Shown here one piece after another: positions 11,501-25,471 of a stretch of DNA of 64,000 nt (the first letter of the stretch is position 1; each line of letters starts with the position of its first letter). Origin of the DNA: Macrostomum lignano (lineage: Eukaryota); NCBI GenBank assembly GCA_002269645.1, contig NIVC01000709.1, forward strand, positions 310,001 to 374,000, read 5' to 3'. The notes below the pieces were generated by a model. The model saw only the letters and a program-made list of their open reading frames with translations, was not told the DNA's origin and searched no databases. The translations under genes were made by a program, and so were the position numbers.

Positions 11501-12494
11501 GTACCTTTGATTAGCTAGATGTACATTTGCTTGTGCTAGGGGAGTTGTAGCCTAGTGGTCAGAGCGTCGGACTCACGACTGAAAGGTCGGGGGTTCGATT
11601 CTCGACCCACTTGGAACAATTTGTGTCCTTAAGCGAGACACTTAACTCTGCATTACTTCAGTTCACCCAGCTGTAAAATGGGTGCCAGCATTGGCTGGGG
11701 TAATTGAGGCCGTGTGTGTGGCAACCCCCCAGTCCTTGGACTGAACAGTCGTACGCAGCTTTCAGATGCGCTGCGCAATAGCTGCGGCTGAGCTGTCGGT
11801 TGCACATCTGCCCATTAGGGCAGGTGTAATCAATAATCAATCAATCAATTGTAGCCTAATACAATCATTATTATTGTACTAGGCTACTGGGCTGGGTATG
11901 TACGTTTGAATGTACTCTGAATGTACATTCGCGTGTACACTGGCTATGTACATTTACACTCTGGATGTACATTCGCGTGTACACTGGCTATGTACATTTA
12001 CACTCTGGATGTACATTCGCTTTCACACTGGCTATGTACATTTACACTCTGGATGTACATTCGCTTTCACACTGGCTATGTACATTAGACACTCTGAATG
12101 TACATTCGCGTGTACACTGGCTATGTACATTTACACTCTGAATGTACATTCGCGTGTACACTGGCTATGTACATTTACACTCTGAATGTACATTCGCGTG
12201 TACACTGGCTATGTACATTTACACTCTGAATGTACATTCGCGTGCTGCACAATCCGCATTGTCCGCACCTGTCCACAGTTCATCGGCTCCTCTCTGCTGT
12301 TCGTGCACGACCAGAGCCCCGGCCACGCCTGCGTGTGGATGATCGACTTCGGCAAGATTCGCCTGGCGCCCGGCCGGCTGAGCCACACGGCTGACTGGCT
12401 GCATGGCAACCATGAGGACGGCTACCTGACCGGGCTGGACAATCTGATCGGCCTATTTGAGGACATGCAGTTTCCACCCTCCGAGCCGCAGTAG
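5531..12494 (+). CDS. IP3K: Inositol-1,4,5-trisphosphate 3-kinase (4 exons, about 367 aa)
   Basis: Exons 5531-5689, 10310-10685, 11108-11460, 12279-12494, all GT-AG with matching phases 0/1/0. IP3K motifs [53 protein letters not shown] and WMIDFGK. Exon 1 assignment rests on phase and intron-repeat continuity rather than homology. Confidence 0.9.
6031..6882 (+). CDS. gag: Retrotransposon Gag with two CCHC zinc knuckles
   Basis: Open frame from 6031 (ERWFQRFEA...[22 protein letters not shown]). Knuckles [14 protein letters not shown] and [14 protein letters not shown]. No in-frame ATG. Confidence 0.88.
   Translation: MATTAGLIEPLETEAPAEIERWFQRFEAVSKLNKWDDTAQKFALIAHLGKKAFALLADALLPDKPDAKTYADLKTQLIKETKAAKSEIAYRYAFHHLKQDDGEDVSAYARRLRLGSENCGFSTAELNDRLRDQFIFGLSNKEIVRKLLTEKLKDLTWEKVTTVANACEAVSRGERQISGGEILHVKSDPPSTSKVHKPAYQKSDQKNGQLRQVKCFCCGKEGHTKDQCHHRTKTCLQCGKVGHLKAVCRCGPNKGGQRPSTSNKWSQGGGRHPRSRVSNRRCS
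6860..9817 (+). CDS. pol: Retrotransposon Pol (protease, RT, RNase H, integrase), split by single-base frameshifts
   Basis: Protease LLDTGS, RT YQDDILV, RNase [13 protein letters not shown] and [11 protein letters not shown], integrase [29 protein letters not shown]. Pieces lie in ORFs 6581-8224, 8199-8687 and 8684-9817. Confidence 0.92.
10060..10260. repeat. Degenerate C/T-rich intronic tandem repeat (ccacttccccattatcccaacccttattt-like)
   Basis: Visible periodic pattern. The same motif occurs at about 5730-5814, on the other side of the gypsy insertion. Confidence 0.7.
10745..11055. repeat. Intronic minisatellite, about 22-bp unit (atatccaatctcacccttcccc-like)
   Basis: Tandem copies fill IP3K intron 2. 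Confidence 0.85.
11539..11849 (+). mobile_element. tRNA-derived CORE-like SINE (family A), copy 1
   Basis: A box tagcctagtgg and B box ggttcgattc. Central ccttaagcgagacacttaac...cagctgtaaaatggg resembles the CORE domain. Tail (caat)n. Homologous to 44210-44500 and 45703-46015. Confidence 0.85.
11895..12243. repeat. Intronic minisatellite, 44-bp unit (atgtacatttacactctgaatgtacattcgcgtgtacactggct)
   Basis: About 8 tandem copies in IP3K intron 3. Confidence 0.9.
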
Positions 12495-13249
12495 CAGCGC
12501 TAACTAATTAGTTAGAGTTTCAACCATACCCCTGTTAAACTAGTGCTGCTAGTTGAGTAGCTTTAAAGGACATTCCTATAATAAATTTCCAAAGTCCTAC
12601 AGTAGCTGTATAGTTCATCTACTGGCGCCCAGGAATGTTAAAATTTACAAGTTGTCCATCCGGCACAGCTTTGAGAAACACTGCAAAATCTCATTTTACA
12701 GGGAAGTTAACCATTTTTATAAAATTCTTGCATTCTTTCTTATAAAACTTGTTTTGCAGCCTATGCGATTGTTATTAGACTACTGATTATGATTCTTGTG
12801 AGTAGCAGTGCGCGCATATTAGCTGTATAATTTTGAGCGCTTTTAACTTTCTGAAATAGACATTCTTTAGAGTTTCAATGTGAGCGAGAACTGTTTTGAT
12901 TGAGTAACCTGTGGGTTTTTGTGCAAATAAATTGACTGCATAATCACCATTTTATTTCTTTTCTTTTCTTTGTGCCGTCTTTTTCTAAGCAATAATTGTT
13001 CTGTTCTGTCCCGTGTTATTTCAGCTATTCCACATCGTGCGTTAATTATGCAAGTTGTTTTCAATTGTTGCATCCTGTTGTGTGCTAGCGAGCGTTATTT
13101 ACTCCTTTTCAGTAGCTCTGCTCCTTTTGAGCTTCAATTCTGCAATAATCCCAGATTTTGCTGATCCCTGATCCCTGAAGCATGCTGATGTAGTTTTGTT
13201 TTTGAGTGCGACTCTTCACTGCTAGAGTTAGTAGCTTCAGAGCTTGGGC

Positions 13250-13630
13250 TACCGCCAGCCTCCCAGATTCTCAGTTGCTGGTCCAGCCTCCCAGATCCCC
13301 AGTTGCTGGGCCAGCCTCCCAGATCCCCAGTTGCTGGGCCAGCCTCCCAGATCCTCAGTTACTGGGCCAGCCTCCCAGATCCTCAGTTGCTGGGCCAGCC
13401 TCCCAGATCCCCAGTTGCTGGGCCAGCCTCCCAGATCCCCAGTTGCTGGGCCAGCCTCCCAGATCCTCAGTTACTGGGCCAGCCTCCCAGATCCTCAGTT
13501 GCTGGGTTGGCCTCCCAGATCCTCAGTTGCTGGGCCAGCCTCCCAGATCCTCAGTTACTGGGCCAGCCTCCCAGATCCTCAGTTACTGGGCCAGCCTCCC
13601 AGATCCTCAGTTGCTGGGCCGGCCTCCCAG
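13250..13630. repeat. 28-bp minisatellite (gctgggccagcctcccagatcctcagtt)
   Basis: Tandem array with the same unit as 57960-59640. Confidence 0.92.
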
Positions 13631-14019
13631 GTGTTCCATTGACAGGAATAAATGATTACTATTAAAAAGTAGTTCCAATTTCTTGTCTCAGACTAAAAGA
13701 ATCGCTTTTAATTTTCAAATGCCGCGCAATGTCCCCGTGTTGCAAAAACTCAGTTTCGTCTCCACTGTGTCTTGAACTTCTTGAGCTGCCCATTTTTTCT
13801 GTTATTTTTCCTTTCGTCTGTCTTTAAAAATACTTCTGAAACTTGAATGCGAGTGCTAATTAGATGGCTGGATTGCCTGCTCAGCTCGCCGTGTGCTCGG
13901 CTCATCGCTTGCCAGCATTGGAGCAACTTTTGCAGCAGGCTTTTAAACTAAAAAAAGACTTAAGAAACAGCTGTTGTTTGACTTTACTGAGTTTAGAAAT
14001 GTAGATGAAATCATAATCA

Positions 14020-15205
14020 CCCCTAATCTTACCTGATAATCACCCCTAATCTCACCTAATAATCACCCCTAATCTCCTGATAATCAGCCCTAATCTTACC
14101 TGATAATCAGCCCTAATCTCCTGATAATCAGCCCTAATCTTACCTGATAATCAGCCCTAATCTCACCGGATAATCAGCCCTAATCTCACCTAATAATCAC
14201 CCCTAATCTTACCTGATAATCACCCCTAATCTCACCTAATAATCACCCCTAATCACCTGATAATCAGCCCTAATCTTACCTGATAATCACCCCTAATCTC
14301 ACCTAATAATCACCCCTAATCTCCTGATAATCAGCCCTAATCTTACCTGATAATCAGCCCTAATCTCACCGGATAATCAGCCCTAATCTCACCGGATAAT
14401 CAGCCCTAATCTCACCGGATAATCACCTCTAATCTCACCTGATAATGACCTCTAATCTCACCTGATAATCACCCCTAATCTCACCGGATAATCACCTCTA
14501 ATCTCATCTGATAATCACCCCTAATCTCACCGGATAATCACCTCTAATCTCACCTGATAATCACCCCTAATCTTACCTGATAATCACCCCTAATCTCACC
14601 TAATAATCACCCCTAATCTCCTGATAATCAGCCCTAATCTTACCTGATAATCAGCCCTAATCTCACCGGATAATCAGCCCTAATCTCACCGGATAATCAG
14701 CCCTAATCTCACCGGATAATCACCTCTAATCTCACCTGATAATGACCTCTAATCTCACCTGATAATCACCCCTAATCTCACCGGATAATCACCTCTAATC
14801 TCACCTGATAATCACCCCTAATCTCACCGGATAATCACCTCTAATCTCACCTGATAATCACCCCTAATCTCACCGGATAATCACCTCTAATCTCACCTGA
14901 TAATCACCCCTAATCTCACCGGATAATCACCTCTAATCTCACCTGATAATCAGCTCTAATCTCACCTGATAATCAGCCCTAATCTCACCTGATAATCACC
15001 CCTAATCTCACCGGATAATCACCTCTAATCTCACCTGATAATCACCCCTAATCTCACCGGATAATCACCTCTAATCTCACCTGATAATCAGCCCTAATCT
15101 CACCGGATAATCACCTCTAATCTCACCTGATAATCACCCCTAATCTCACCGGATAATCACCTCTAATCTCACCTGATAGTCACCTCTAATCTCACCGGAT
15201 AATCA
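14020..15205. repeat. 23-bp minisatellite (tgataatcacccctaatctcacc)
   Basis: About 50 tandem copies with variant units. Confidence 0.93.
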
Positions 15206-15629
15206 TCCCTTCTCGCCAGCGACAAGCACTCCTACTCGTAAGTCTGTCCTACTCCTATAGTGGAGTTTGACAAGACAGAAAGTACATTTAAAACTCATTT
15301 CGCAGCACTTGCAGAACAAAAGTACAAGTACAGAGAATGGTTACTTAATTTATTTGTTTGAAAGAAAATCTGCCTTTGGATTGCCATCATAATGCCGCTT
15401 GCACAAGTCGATGCGCAATTTTAGAGAAGCAAAAAATATAGAAACTAAAAAATTAGATTCGCAAAGTACAAAACTAGGCTTGTACACGCTGGTGTGCCAC
15501 CAAGGCACCGTACGGTAAACAGAAAAAATCAAAACATTTTGGCGATGCTTCATATTGCCTTCACTTAGATCTGCATTCTGTATCTTGAGATAAAGTTCGA
15601 AATTTCTTGCACCATGTCTGGGCAGGGGA

Positions 15630-15775
15630 CTACGGTGTGCTCAAAATTTCAGGGGAGACAAACAGTGTGCTCAAAATCTCAGGGGAGAGAAGCAGTGTGT
15701 GCTCAAAATCTCAGGGGAGAGAAACAGTATGTGCTCAAAATCTCAGGGGAGACTGTGGTATGCTCAAGATCTCAG
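15630..15775. repeat. Short tandem repeat (gtgtgctcaaaatctcaggggaga-like)
   Basis: About 5 imperfect copies. Confidence 0.7.
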
Positions 15776-15959
15776 GTAATTAGAAATATGGTGCCTCGGT
15801 CTCAAACCGATGCTGCGGTCATTTTTGCTGCTCCAGTCAGTGAAAATTGCTTCACCGAAGCAACGGTAGACTCAAACGAGTTCGATTAAAAGATAACAGT
15901 AGTACTACGCGTACATGTACTGTCTAAGGAGTTATCCGAGGTCACAGCAGCGCGCAGAC

Positions 15960-16175
15960 CTCGCTGTCCCGGTCCCGCTGGTTGCCCCGCCCGGCCGCTG
16001 AGTGGCTGAACTTCGAGGTGCCCGCTACCCGCCTCTCCGGCTCGTCCTTCTGCTTCTTTTTCTTGTGGTTTTTCTTCTTGGCCGTCTTCTGCTGCTTGTC
16101 TTCCACTTGGCTTCTGACAGTGGCCGAGCGTCGCTTGCTGGCTGCCTCATCCGAGTCGGAGGCTGCGGAGCTCAT
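15960..16175 (-). CDS. Possible first coding exon of an uncharacterised Ser/Lys-rich protein
   Basis: gcagccATG start, MSSAASDSDEAASKRRSA...KKKNHKKKKQKD, ending at donor gag|gtctgc. Downstream exons not identified. Confidence 0.3.
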
Positions 16176-17129
16176 GGCTGCTCAGGTTTGTTTAGCAGTG
16201 AGTTGCTACTCCGAGACGCATGCGGCAAAGAAATATTGCTTTTCTTAGAGGCAGAGACCATCAGAGTCGCCTGGTTGGCTGGCTGGAACCCAGCCACAGC
16301 TTGCACTTTCTAACTCTGCAGCCTACAGCAAATCCCTTGCAGGAGCTTCCGGCAATTCTTTCTGGTTGCCAGTTCCGCTGAAGCTGGAGCTGTGCGGCGA
16401 TGGGGGGCCGCCTGTTGTCACAGCGGCGGCTGGCAACAAGGCCCGCACTTTTATAGAAAATATAAGTTCGAATCCGTTATGTCACAAGTGAAGGTTTGAA
16501 GGGGTGAAAGAACAACAGGGGCACCTTGAGGCACTGAGAGGACAGCAGGGACACCTGAGGGACACTGATGATGTGGGAAAGTTTAGTTCTGTCCCTAACC
16601 TGTAACCAGCTTCCGCATCTGCACACGGGCAGCCGGTGACAAAAACTGCTCAAGCAAGACTGCAGAGCCTGAGGTGTCAGTAGGCTTGGTTGGGGGACCT
16701 CTAGTCTTAAAAAAACTTTTCTGGCCTTGAAGGTCGCTGTGGAGGTTGAAGAGGTGGAAAACTTCCTATTTTGGTGAGTACTCAAGCGGCAACGGTTGCT
16801 GGGGAAGCGAGAAGGCAGGGATTAAAAGAATAAGCTTAGCGACTTCGTGAGCTGGGTAGTGCAGCGAAGAAGAGGGGGATGGGGATGATCGATTGGCCAT
16901 AGTAGTTGGAGGGGGGTGCTGGGCGGGGGTAGCCGAGATGAGGCTGCGCAGACTCTTGTCTCGGTTTCTCATTGTTGGCTCAGCTGAGCAGCCTGCGGTC
17001 GGTCTGCTTTGTTCAATGCGGTTGAAGGGGGGGGGCTGCAGCACTGCGAGGACTAAGAGTCAGCGCTGACTGCTGGACTCTGCAACTGCTCTGGGGCTTC
17101 CTGTGGGTAGGGGCACCAGGACCACGGCT

Positions 17130-17965
17130 ACTTGGGCAGAGACAGACAGGGATAGACAGCAGGCTGAGACAGGCAGGCTGAGACAGGCGATCTGAGACAG
17201 GCAGGCTGAGAGGCGGACTGAGACAGGCGGGCTGAGACAGGCGGGCAGAGACAGACAGGGATAGACAGCAGGCTGAGACAGGCCGGCTGAGACAGGCAGG
17301 CTGAGACAGGCAGGCTGAGACAGGCAGGCTGAGACAGGCAGGCTGAGACAGGCAGGCTGAGACAGGCAGGCTGAGACAGGCAGGCTGAGACAGGCAGGCT
17401 GAGACAGGCGATCTGAGACAGGCCGGCTGAGACAGACAGGGATAGACAGCAGGCTGAGACAGACAGGCTTACAGCAGGTTGAGACAGGCAGGCTGAGACA
17501 GACAGGGATAGACAGCAGGCTGAGACAGCAGGCTGAGACAGGTAGGCTGAGACAGACAGGGATAGACAGCAGGCTGAGACAGCAGGCTGAGACAGCAGGC
17601 TGAGACAGCAGGCTGAGACAGCAGGCTGAGACAGCAGGCTGAGACAGCAGGCTGAGACAGCAGGCTGAGACAGGCGATCTGCGACAGGCAGGCTGAGACA
17701 GCAGGCTGAGACAGGCGGGCAGAGACAGACAGGGATAGACAGCAGGCTGAGACAGCAGGCTGAGACAGGCGATCTGCGACAGGCAGGCTGAGACAGCAGG
17801 CTGAGACAGGCGGGCAGAGACAGACAGGGATAGACAGCAGGCTGAGACAGCAGGCTGAGACAGGCTGGCTGAGACAGGTAGGCTGAGACAGCAGGCTGAG
17901 ACAGGCGGGCAGAGACAGACAGGGATAGACAGCAGGCTGAGACAGGCAGGCTGAGACAGACAGGG
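17130..17965. repeat. 13/14-bp minisatellite (gagacagcaggct / gagacaggcaggct)
   Basis: Tandem array. It explains the spurious long ORFs 17060-17983 and 17128-17979. Confidence 0.92.
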
Positions 17966-18399
17966 ACAGATACAGTCAATCAAATCCGTAATATTTGAGC
18001 TGCCTCACTCTGACAATCTGGACCAGCTCAACCCTAATCACGCACTGAAAGAGGATATTTTGCGTTGCCAGACACGAGTATTTAACAAGTGGGTGGCATC
18101 TCCCAGATAGAAAGGACGCTGGATATTTACAAGACTTTCAAAAATTTTATGGGTTACAGCGCGCGCGGTACAAGTGCGAAAAAAAGAAATGATGCAGGAG
18201 TACTGAGACAGCTTTGAAAGGCACTCTAATAGCGATTTGAGTAGCTCCGAATAAGGGACTGTCAATCAAGTTTTTTGTTTGGAAAAATTAATCAATACAA
18301 CAAGGATATTCAACATTAACTGCGAGCGTACATGTATGAAGAAAGAAATCATCCGTTTATGTACTTTCCTCTTGCGGGCGAAGTCTAATCTAATGCTAG

Positions 18400-18670
18400 A
18401 GAGTTCAGTGCCGAGTGCCCAACTCGGATGCTCAACACCAAAGTCTTCAACCCACAGTGCTCACATCTGAGTGCTCAAAACGGAGTGCTCAACCCAGAGT
18501 GACCAACCCGTAGTGTTCAACCTAGAGTGCTTAGCTCGGAGTGCTCAACCTGGAGTATTCTGCCTAGAGTGCTCAATCCGGAGTGCTCAACCAAGAGTGC
18601 TCAACCCAGAGTGCTCAAACCGGAGTGCTCAAACTGGAGTGCTCAACCCGGTGTGCTCATCCCAGAGTGC

Positions 18671-18690
<20 letters not shown>
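18400..18690. repeat. 13-bp degenerate tandem repeat (gagtgctcaaccc)
   Basis: About 20 imperfect copies immediately 3' of the GPCR stop codon. Confidence 0.8.
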
Positions 18691-21086
<2,396 letters not shown>

Positions 21087-21169
21087 TCTAAAGCAGAGTT
21101 GATGAAGCGCAGCTTCCTTATAGCAACCAGAACGCACTGAGTTGCAGCTGATGAACCACCAGACGCACG

Positions 21170-21833
21170 AAAGCTCTGCTTGAATCCATTTTAACCCAAA
21201 GCCGCCCACAAGAGCAGCAGGCCGAGTTATCCCCGGATGAAGCTGGGGGCTCAAGCAAATCCCAGTCAGCCTCCTTCAGCTGGCTGATAAGATAACCTGC
21301 TGCAGTTGCTGCTGCTGCGGCTCACAAGCCAGCCGGATGTCAAACACAGATAATTTTGAACTTTTACGAGCTAGTAGCACCTTCAACTTCGACTTGAGCA
21401 GTTATCTCAGGCCCTGAGCCTCAGAGACCGTCAAGACTGCTCTCCGCCTTCCGCATTCAGTTTTACTTCGTGTGAAAATAAACCACTGAACGCGAAGAAA
21501 ATAAGTATAAAAATCTATAAAGTTCGATTCGCAGAGTAAAACAATATAATTGTAAGAAGCCAGCAGAACTTTTGCGGAATCTACATGTATCAACACGGAA
21601 AAAAAAACAAATAATTTCTGCATCAAAAAGTTAAAAAGCGCGAATGCTTTGATTTTGAGAATTCGAGAATCAACATCGCATGCTGTGAGCTCTTTTGAGT
21701 CGCTGTTACTGAGAGGGCGAAACACTTCGAATTTGTTTCGAAGTCGCCGCTGGCCTGCCAGGAGCCGTCGGCAAGCCGGTGCATCATCTCCACCACGCTG
21801 TGCGAGTCTTCCAGCTTCCACTGGTGACCTTTT
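21170..21833 (-). pseudogene. Duplicated segment carrying part of the GGT last exon and its 3' flank
   Basis: Near-identical to 33829-33939 joined to 36008-36692. Includes KGHQWKLEDSHSVVEMMHRLADGSWQASGDF (21741-21833), identical to the GGT terminal exon. Confidence 0.88.
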
Positions 21834-22237
21834 CGTTTCTTTCCTTTTCTTTTGTTGGGAGGGCAACGAGGCAACGAAGTTCAACCACGCTGCCTGCAGA
21901 GCGTGTGCTTGTTACGTTCGTAGAATTTCTGAATCGAGAAATATGACTGGTTCTCTCCTCGTCAGTGAATGCAGAATCAAATCTGACAAGTTGACAGCAA
22001 AGCGTAAGAATCGCGGTGCAATTTTCAACTTCCTCCAGTTTTGCCTGCCTCCACAATTAAAGTTTATAGTATCTGTGGTCGCGACTGGCTTTCGTGCATA
22101 CAGATCTTAGGACCCTAGACAAAACTACCCAGTCCGGACTGGCTAGTCTGGACTGGGCTTTATACATACGGCCCATTGAAAGCTAAACTATAGAAAGCAC
22201 ATTTCATCACAGAACTTACACAGAATGCTCAGTCTAT

Positions 22238-22434
22238 GGGCCGTATGCAGAAAGCTCTGTCTAGGGTAGTCCGGTCTTGAAAAGCTAGTCTAGACTTGGA
22301 TTTGGTATGCAGAAACACAAAGTTAGACCGGTCTACTATAGCAGAACTAGGCTAGCTAGACCATAGACTATAGACTGAACTACCCAAGTCCGGACTAGCT
22401 AGTCTGGACTAGGCTTTCTGCGGCCCTACGGCCC
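22238..22434. mobile_element. PIF/Harbinger-like MITE
   Basis: Termini gggccgtatgcagaaagc ... gctttctgcggccctacggccc and 3-bp TSD tat. Internal short palindromes (agtccggact, ctagctag). A partial second copy lies at about 22115-22175. Confidence 0.65.
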
Positions 22435-23118
22435 TATGTCTATAATGACTCAGAAATGCATGCGCGTGCACACTACTTTTTCGATGAAGGCGCCGAAAGT
22501 AGTGCAGAGGAAACTGGTTGAGCATCATGTTTAAAACCATCTCAAGTCTCACCATCAATAGTTATGGAAAACTGCATGGGAAGCCGGCTCATATCAAGTC
22601 TGCTAAGAAAGACAAAACTAATTTACTATATTGAACTCAAGCGACACAAGATGAACGCACTATTGCATGTTTATTGTCAATAGTTAGCACCTACCTACGT
22701 GAATATCGATCAAATGGTGTAAAATGTAAAATGTCAAAGTGTAAAATAGAAAAGTATATATGTACCAGATATATAGGATAAATCTGTCCCACTCGCCACT
22801 CGTTATTGGCATGCATTGAGTCGTTGCAATTTCCTAATCACTGCTATGGGGCCAGCCGCCTGTCGCCGCTATCTCTGTTGCTGTGCTGCATCTCGCTGAT
22901 TTCTGCACCAATGGTGCGGCCTGAACTCGGCTGTACAGCGCAGCAAATCTGGTTGTTGCACAGTTGGCATTGTGAGCATCACTGCAGGTAGATTCAAGCC
23001 CGACTTCATATACTTGTGCAGCAGCCACCATGGCATTACTTCTCCTCGTCTATACATGAAACTATCGTAATCATCTGGCAGATTGGCAAGATCTTCCGGC
23101 AAATTTAATTTGCCACAC

Positions 23119-25471
23119 TGTTGTGTATGAACTTAAGTTCTATGGTTTATTGGTGAAGCCTTATTCATATTTTAAGTATAGCAGCCAGCTACTTCGCTGC
23201 TGAAAATATACGCGCTGCATGCATCTACGATCTCTTCCTAACTCGGTACCTTGCATTCGTCTTCGTTACTACGAAAAAGTTCAACATGGCGACGAGGAAA
23301 ATTTAATTCGCCGCGGGACGATACTGCAGTCACCAAATCTTCATTCCGATGTCTTCCGGACTCGACTTCCGACTGGGGGAGATGCCGCTGTGCTACCCCG
23401 ATGTCGAACAGTATTTCAAGCGCCTCGGTTTTTACATTAGCGCAGCGGAAAAGAATGACCAGAGCAAAGCCGTTCTACTTGCTACTTGTGGAAATGCCGC
23501 ATTTTCACTGATTGAGACACTTGTGCAGCCAGAAGACATTTTAAACGATACAAAGTGTACGTTCGATTTCATCAAAGAAGCGGTACTGAGCCACTTGAAA
23601 CCCAAGCGCCTTCTTCACTACGACAGACATCTGCTACATACCATGGTCCAAATACAGGGTGAGTCGGTGACAAAGTTTTTGGAGAGACTGAAGACACAGG
23701 CCAACAAATGCGAATTCAGCAACCTGCGAGAAGAGTTAATTCTTTCTCAGTATATTTTCGGACTGGCTGATAATTCTCTGAAGCAAAAATTACTAGTGAA
23801 GGAAAAGCTGGATCTAGAGACTGCGGTTAAGGATAGTCTCTTATCGGAGTCCGTATCTCAAGCTACTGATTCGAGCAAAACCGTCGCAGCAGTGCAGAAA
23901 ACCACTCACTAGAAGACCGGCAGCAACCAAAAGTATCCAACGGTATCCAGGCCAATGCCAACAACGCCGAATCATTCTAAGTCTAGCTGCCATTCCTGTG
24001 GTAACCCCGGTCTTCTTAGAAATACCTGCAAGTTCCGTAATGCGACATGTCACAAGTGCGGAAAAACCGGGCACATTGCCAGAGCATGCAGGTCCAACAT
24101 CGGTGGCAGCAAGAGAGTCACGTACGCGGAAGTTGAAGCAACCGACGCTGATCCACCTGATTCAGCTGTGTACTCGGTGATCAAGGCTACTCCATGCGAC
24201 GAACTCTGGAAAATAGTCTGCACGATCGGTGATTCCACAGTCCATATGTGCGTCGACTCTGGTAGTCAGGTAACAATTTTGCCAGTAACCATCGTAGAGC
24301 AAGCCGGATTGCACATGGTTGACGCGGACATTCGATCACTCAAAGTTTTCGGGGGAGCTTCAGTTTCCGTACGAGGCATGGCTAAGGACGTCACGATTGA
24401 GCTGAGAAACGGCAAAACGGCATGCGGAGACATATATGTCGGGGACCCATCCAGTCAAGCCATTTTGGGAATAAATTTTATTCGTGCCTTCAACCTATTG
24501 ACGGTAGACGAATTTCTGTGCCATCCAGTGCAGCGTGATGAAAATTCAAGATTCCAGGCCAGCTTTCGCCTGAAGGACGGGGCCTCTACCGATGGAATGT
24601 GCTTTCCTGCCAGATCCCTTCCGTTCTTAATTAAAACTTTGGTTGAACTGGAGCTGAAAAGACTGGAAAGTGCAGGTATCATCTACCCAGTTCACTCGCC
24701 TAAGGTATCGTGCCCTATTATTCCTGTGTTGAAACCAGAAGGATCAAAGAGACCCATTAGACTGTGTGGAGACTATTCAGTCACTCTCAACAGACTGATA
24801 GACCGAGATCGATATCGACTGCCAACTTTGAAAGAAATCCTTCAAAAGATCCCAAATTCGAAAGTGTATTCAGTGCTTGACCTCGAAGACGCATTCTTGC
24901 AGATTCCCCTAACGCCAGAAAGTCAGGATCTTACGTGTATTTCCACCCACGTAGGACATTTTGCCTTCCGCAAGTTACAATTTGGGATATCGGCAGCACC
25001 ACTGATATTTCAGGAAGTTATGGATATCTTGCTCAAAGGAATACCAGGCACTGCTTCTTATCAGGACGACATCATTCTAGGCACTGAAACAATGGCAGCA
25101 GCAATGATAAGGAAATGGAGACTATGACTCCTGCTGAAGTGAAGACAACCAGCGATCAAATTCCCGAGTACCAAGTTTCACGTCGAAGTCAGAGGCTCCG
25201 AAAAGCCCCTGATCGGCTGACCTATTTCTGATATATTTGATCGTTAGACAAAATAGAAAACAGTCATTTATTTCTCTCTCATATCTGCTAAAATGTGGGG
25301 GTATTGTGTATGAACTTAAGTTCTATGGTTTATGGGTGAAGCCTTATTCATATTTTAAGTATAGCAGCCAGCTACTTCGCTGCTGAAAATATACGCGCTG
25401 CAGGCATCTACGATCTCTTCCTAACAATTGGCACCTTGCATTCGTCTTCGTTACTACGAAAAAGTACAACA
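23119..25471 (+). mobile_element. Internally deleted Ty3/gypsy (Mag-like) LTR retrotransposon
   Basis: LTRs 23119-23286 and 25302-25471, about 95% identical. 5-bp TSD cacac. PBS tggcgacgagga at 23287, consistent with the 3' end of tRNA-Ser(GCU). PPT aaaatgtggggg. Gag 23349-23912 has an in-frame stop, followed by CCHC, protease VDSGSQ and RT up to YQDDIILG, fused to an integrase tail RRSQRLRKAPDRLTYF. Confidence 0.93.

Noticed and set aside
11539-11610. tRNA-like sequences with A and B boxes (also at 26094, 33336, 43672, 44210, 45703)
   Set aside because: No complete cloverleaf, and each continues into a shared SINE body, so they are SINE heads rather than tRNA genes.
17060-17983. Long repetitive ORFs (also 13206-13665, 19868-20347, 31829-32473, 36742-37659, 38144-38521, 46320-46886)
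   Set aside because: They are translations of stop-free minisatellites, open in several frames, and most lie inside introns of real genes.
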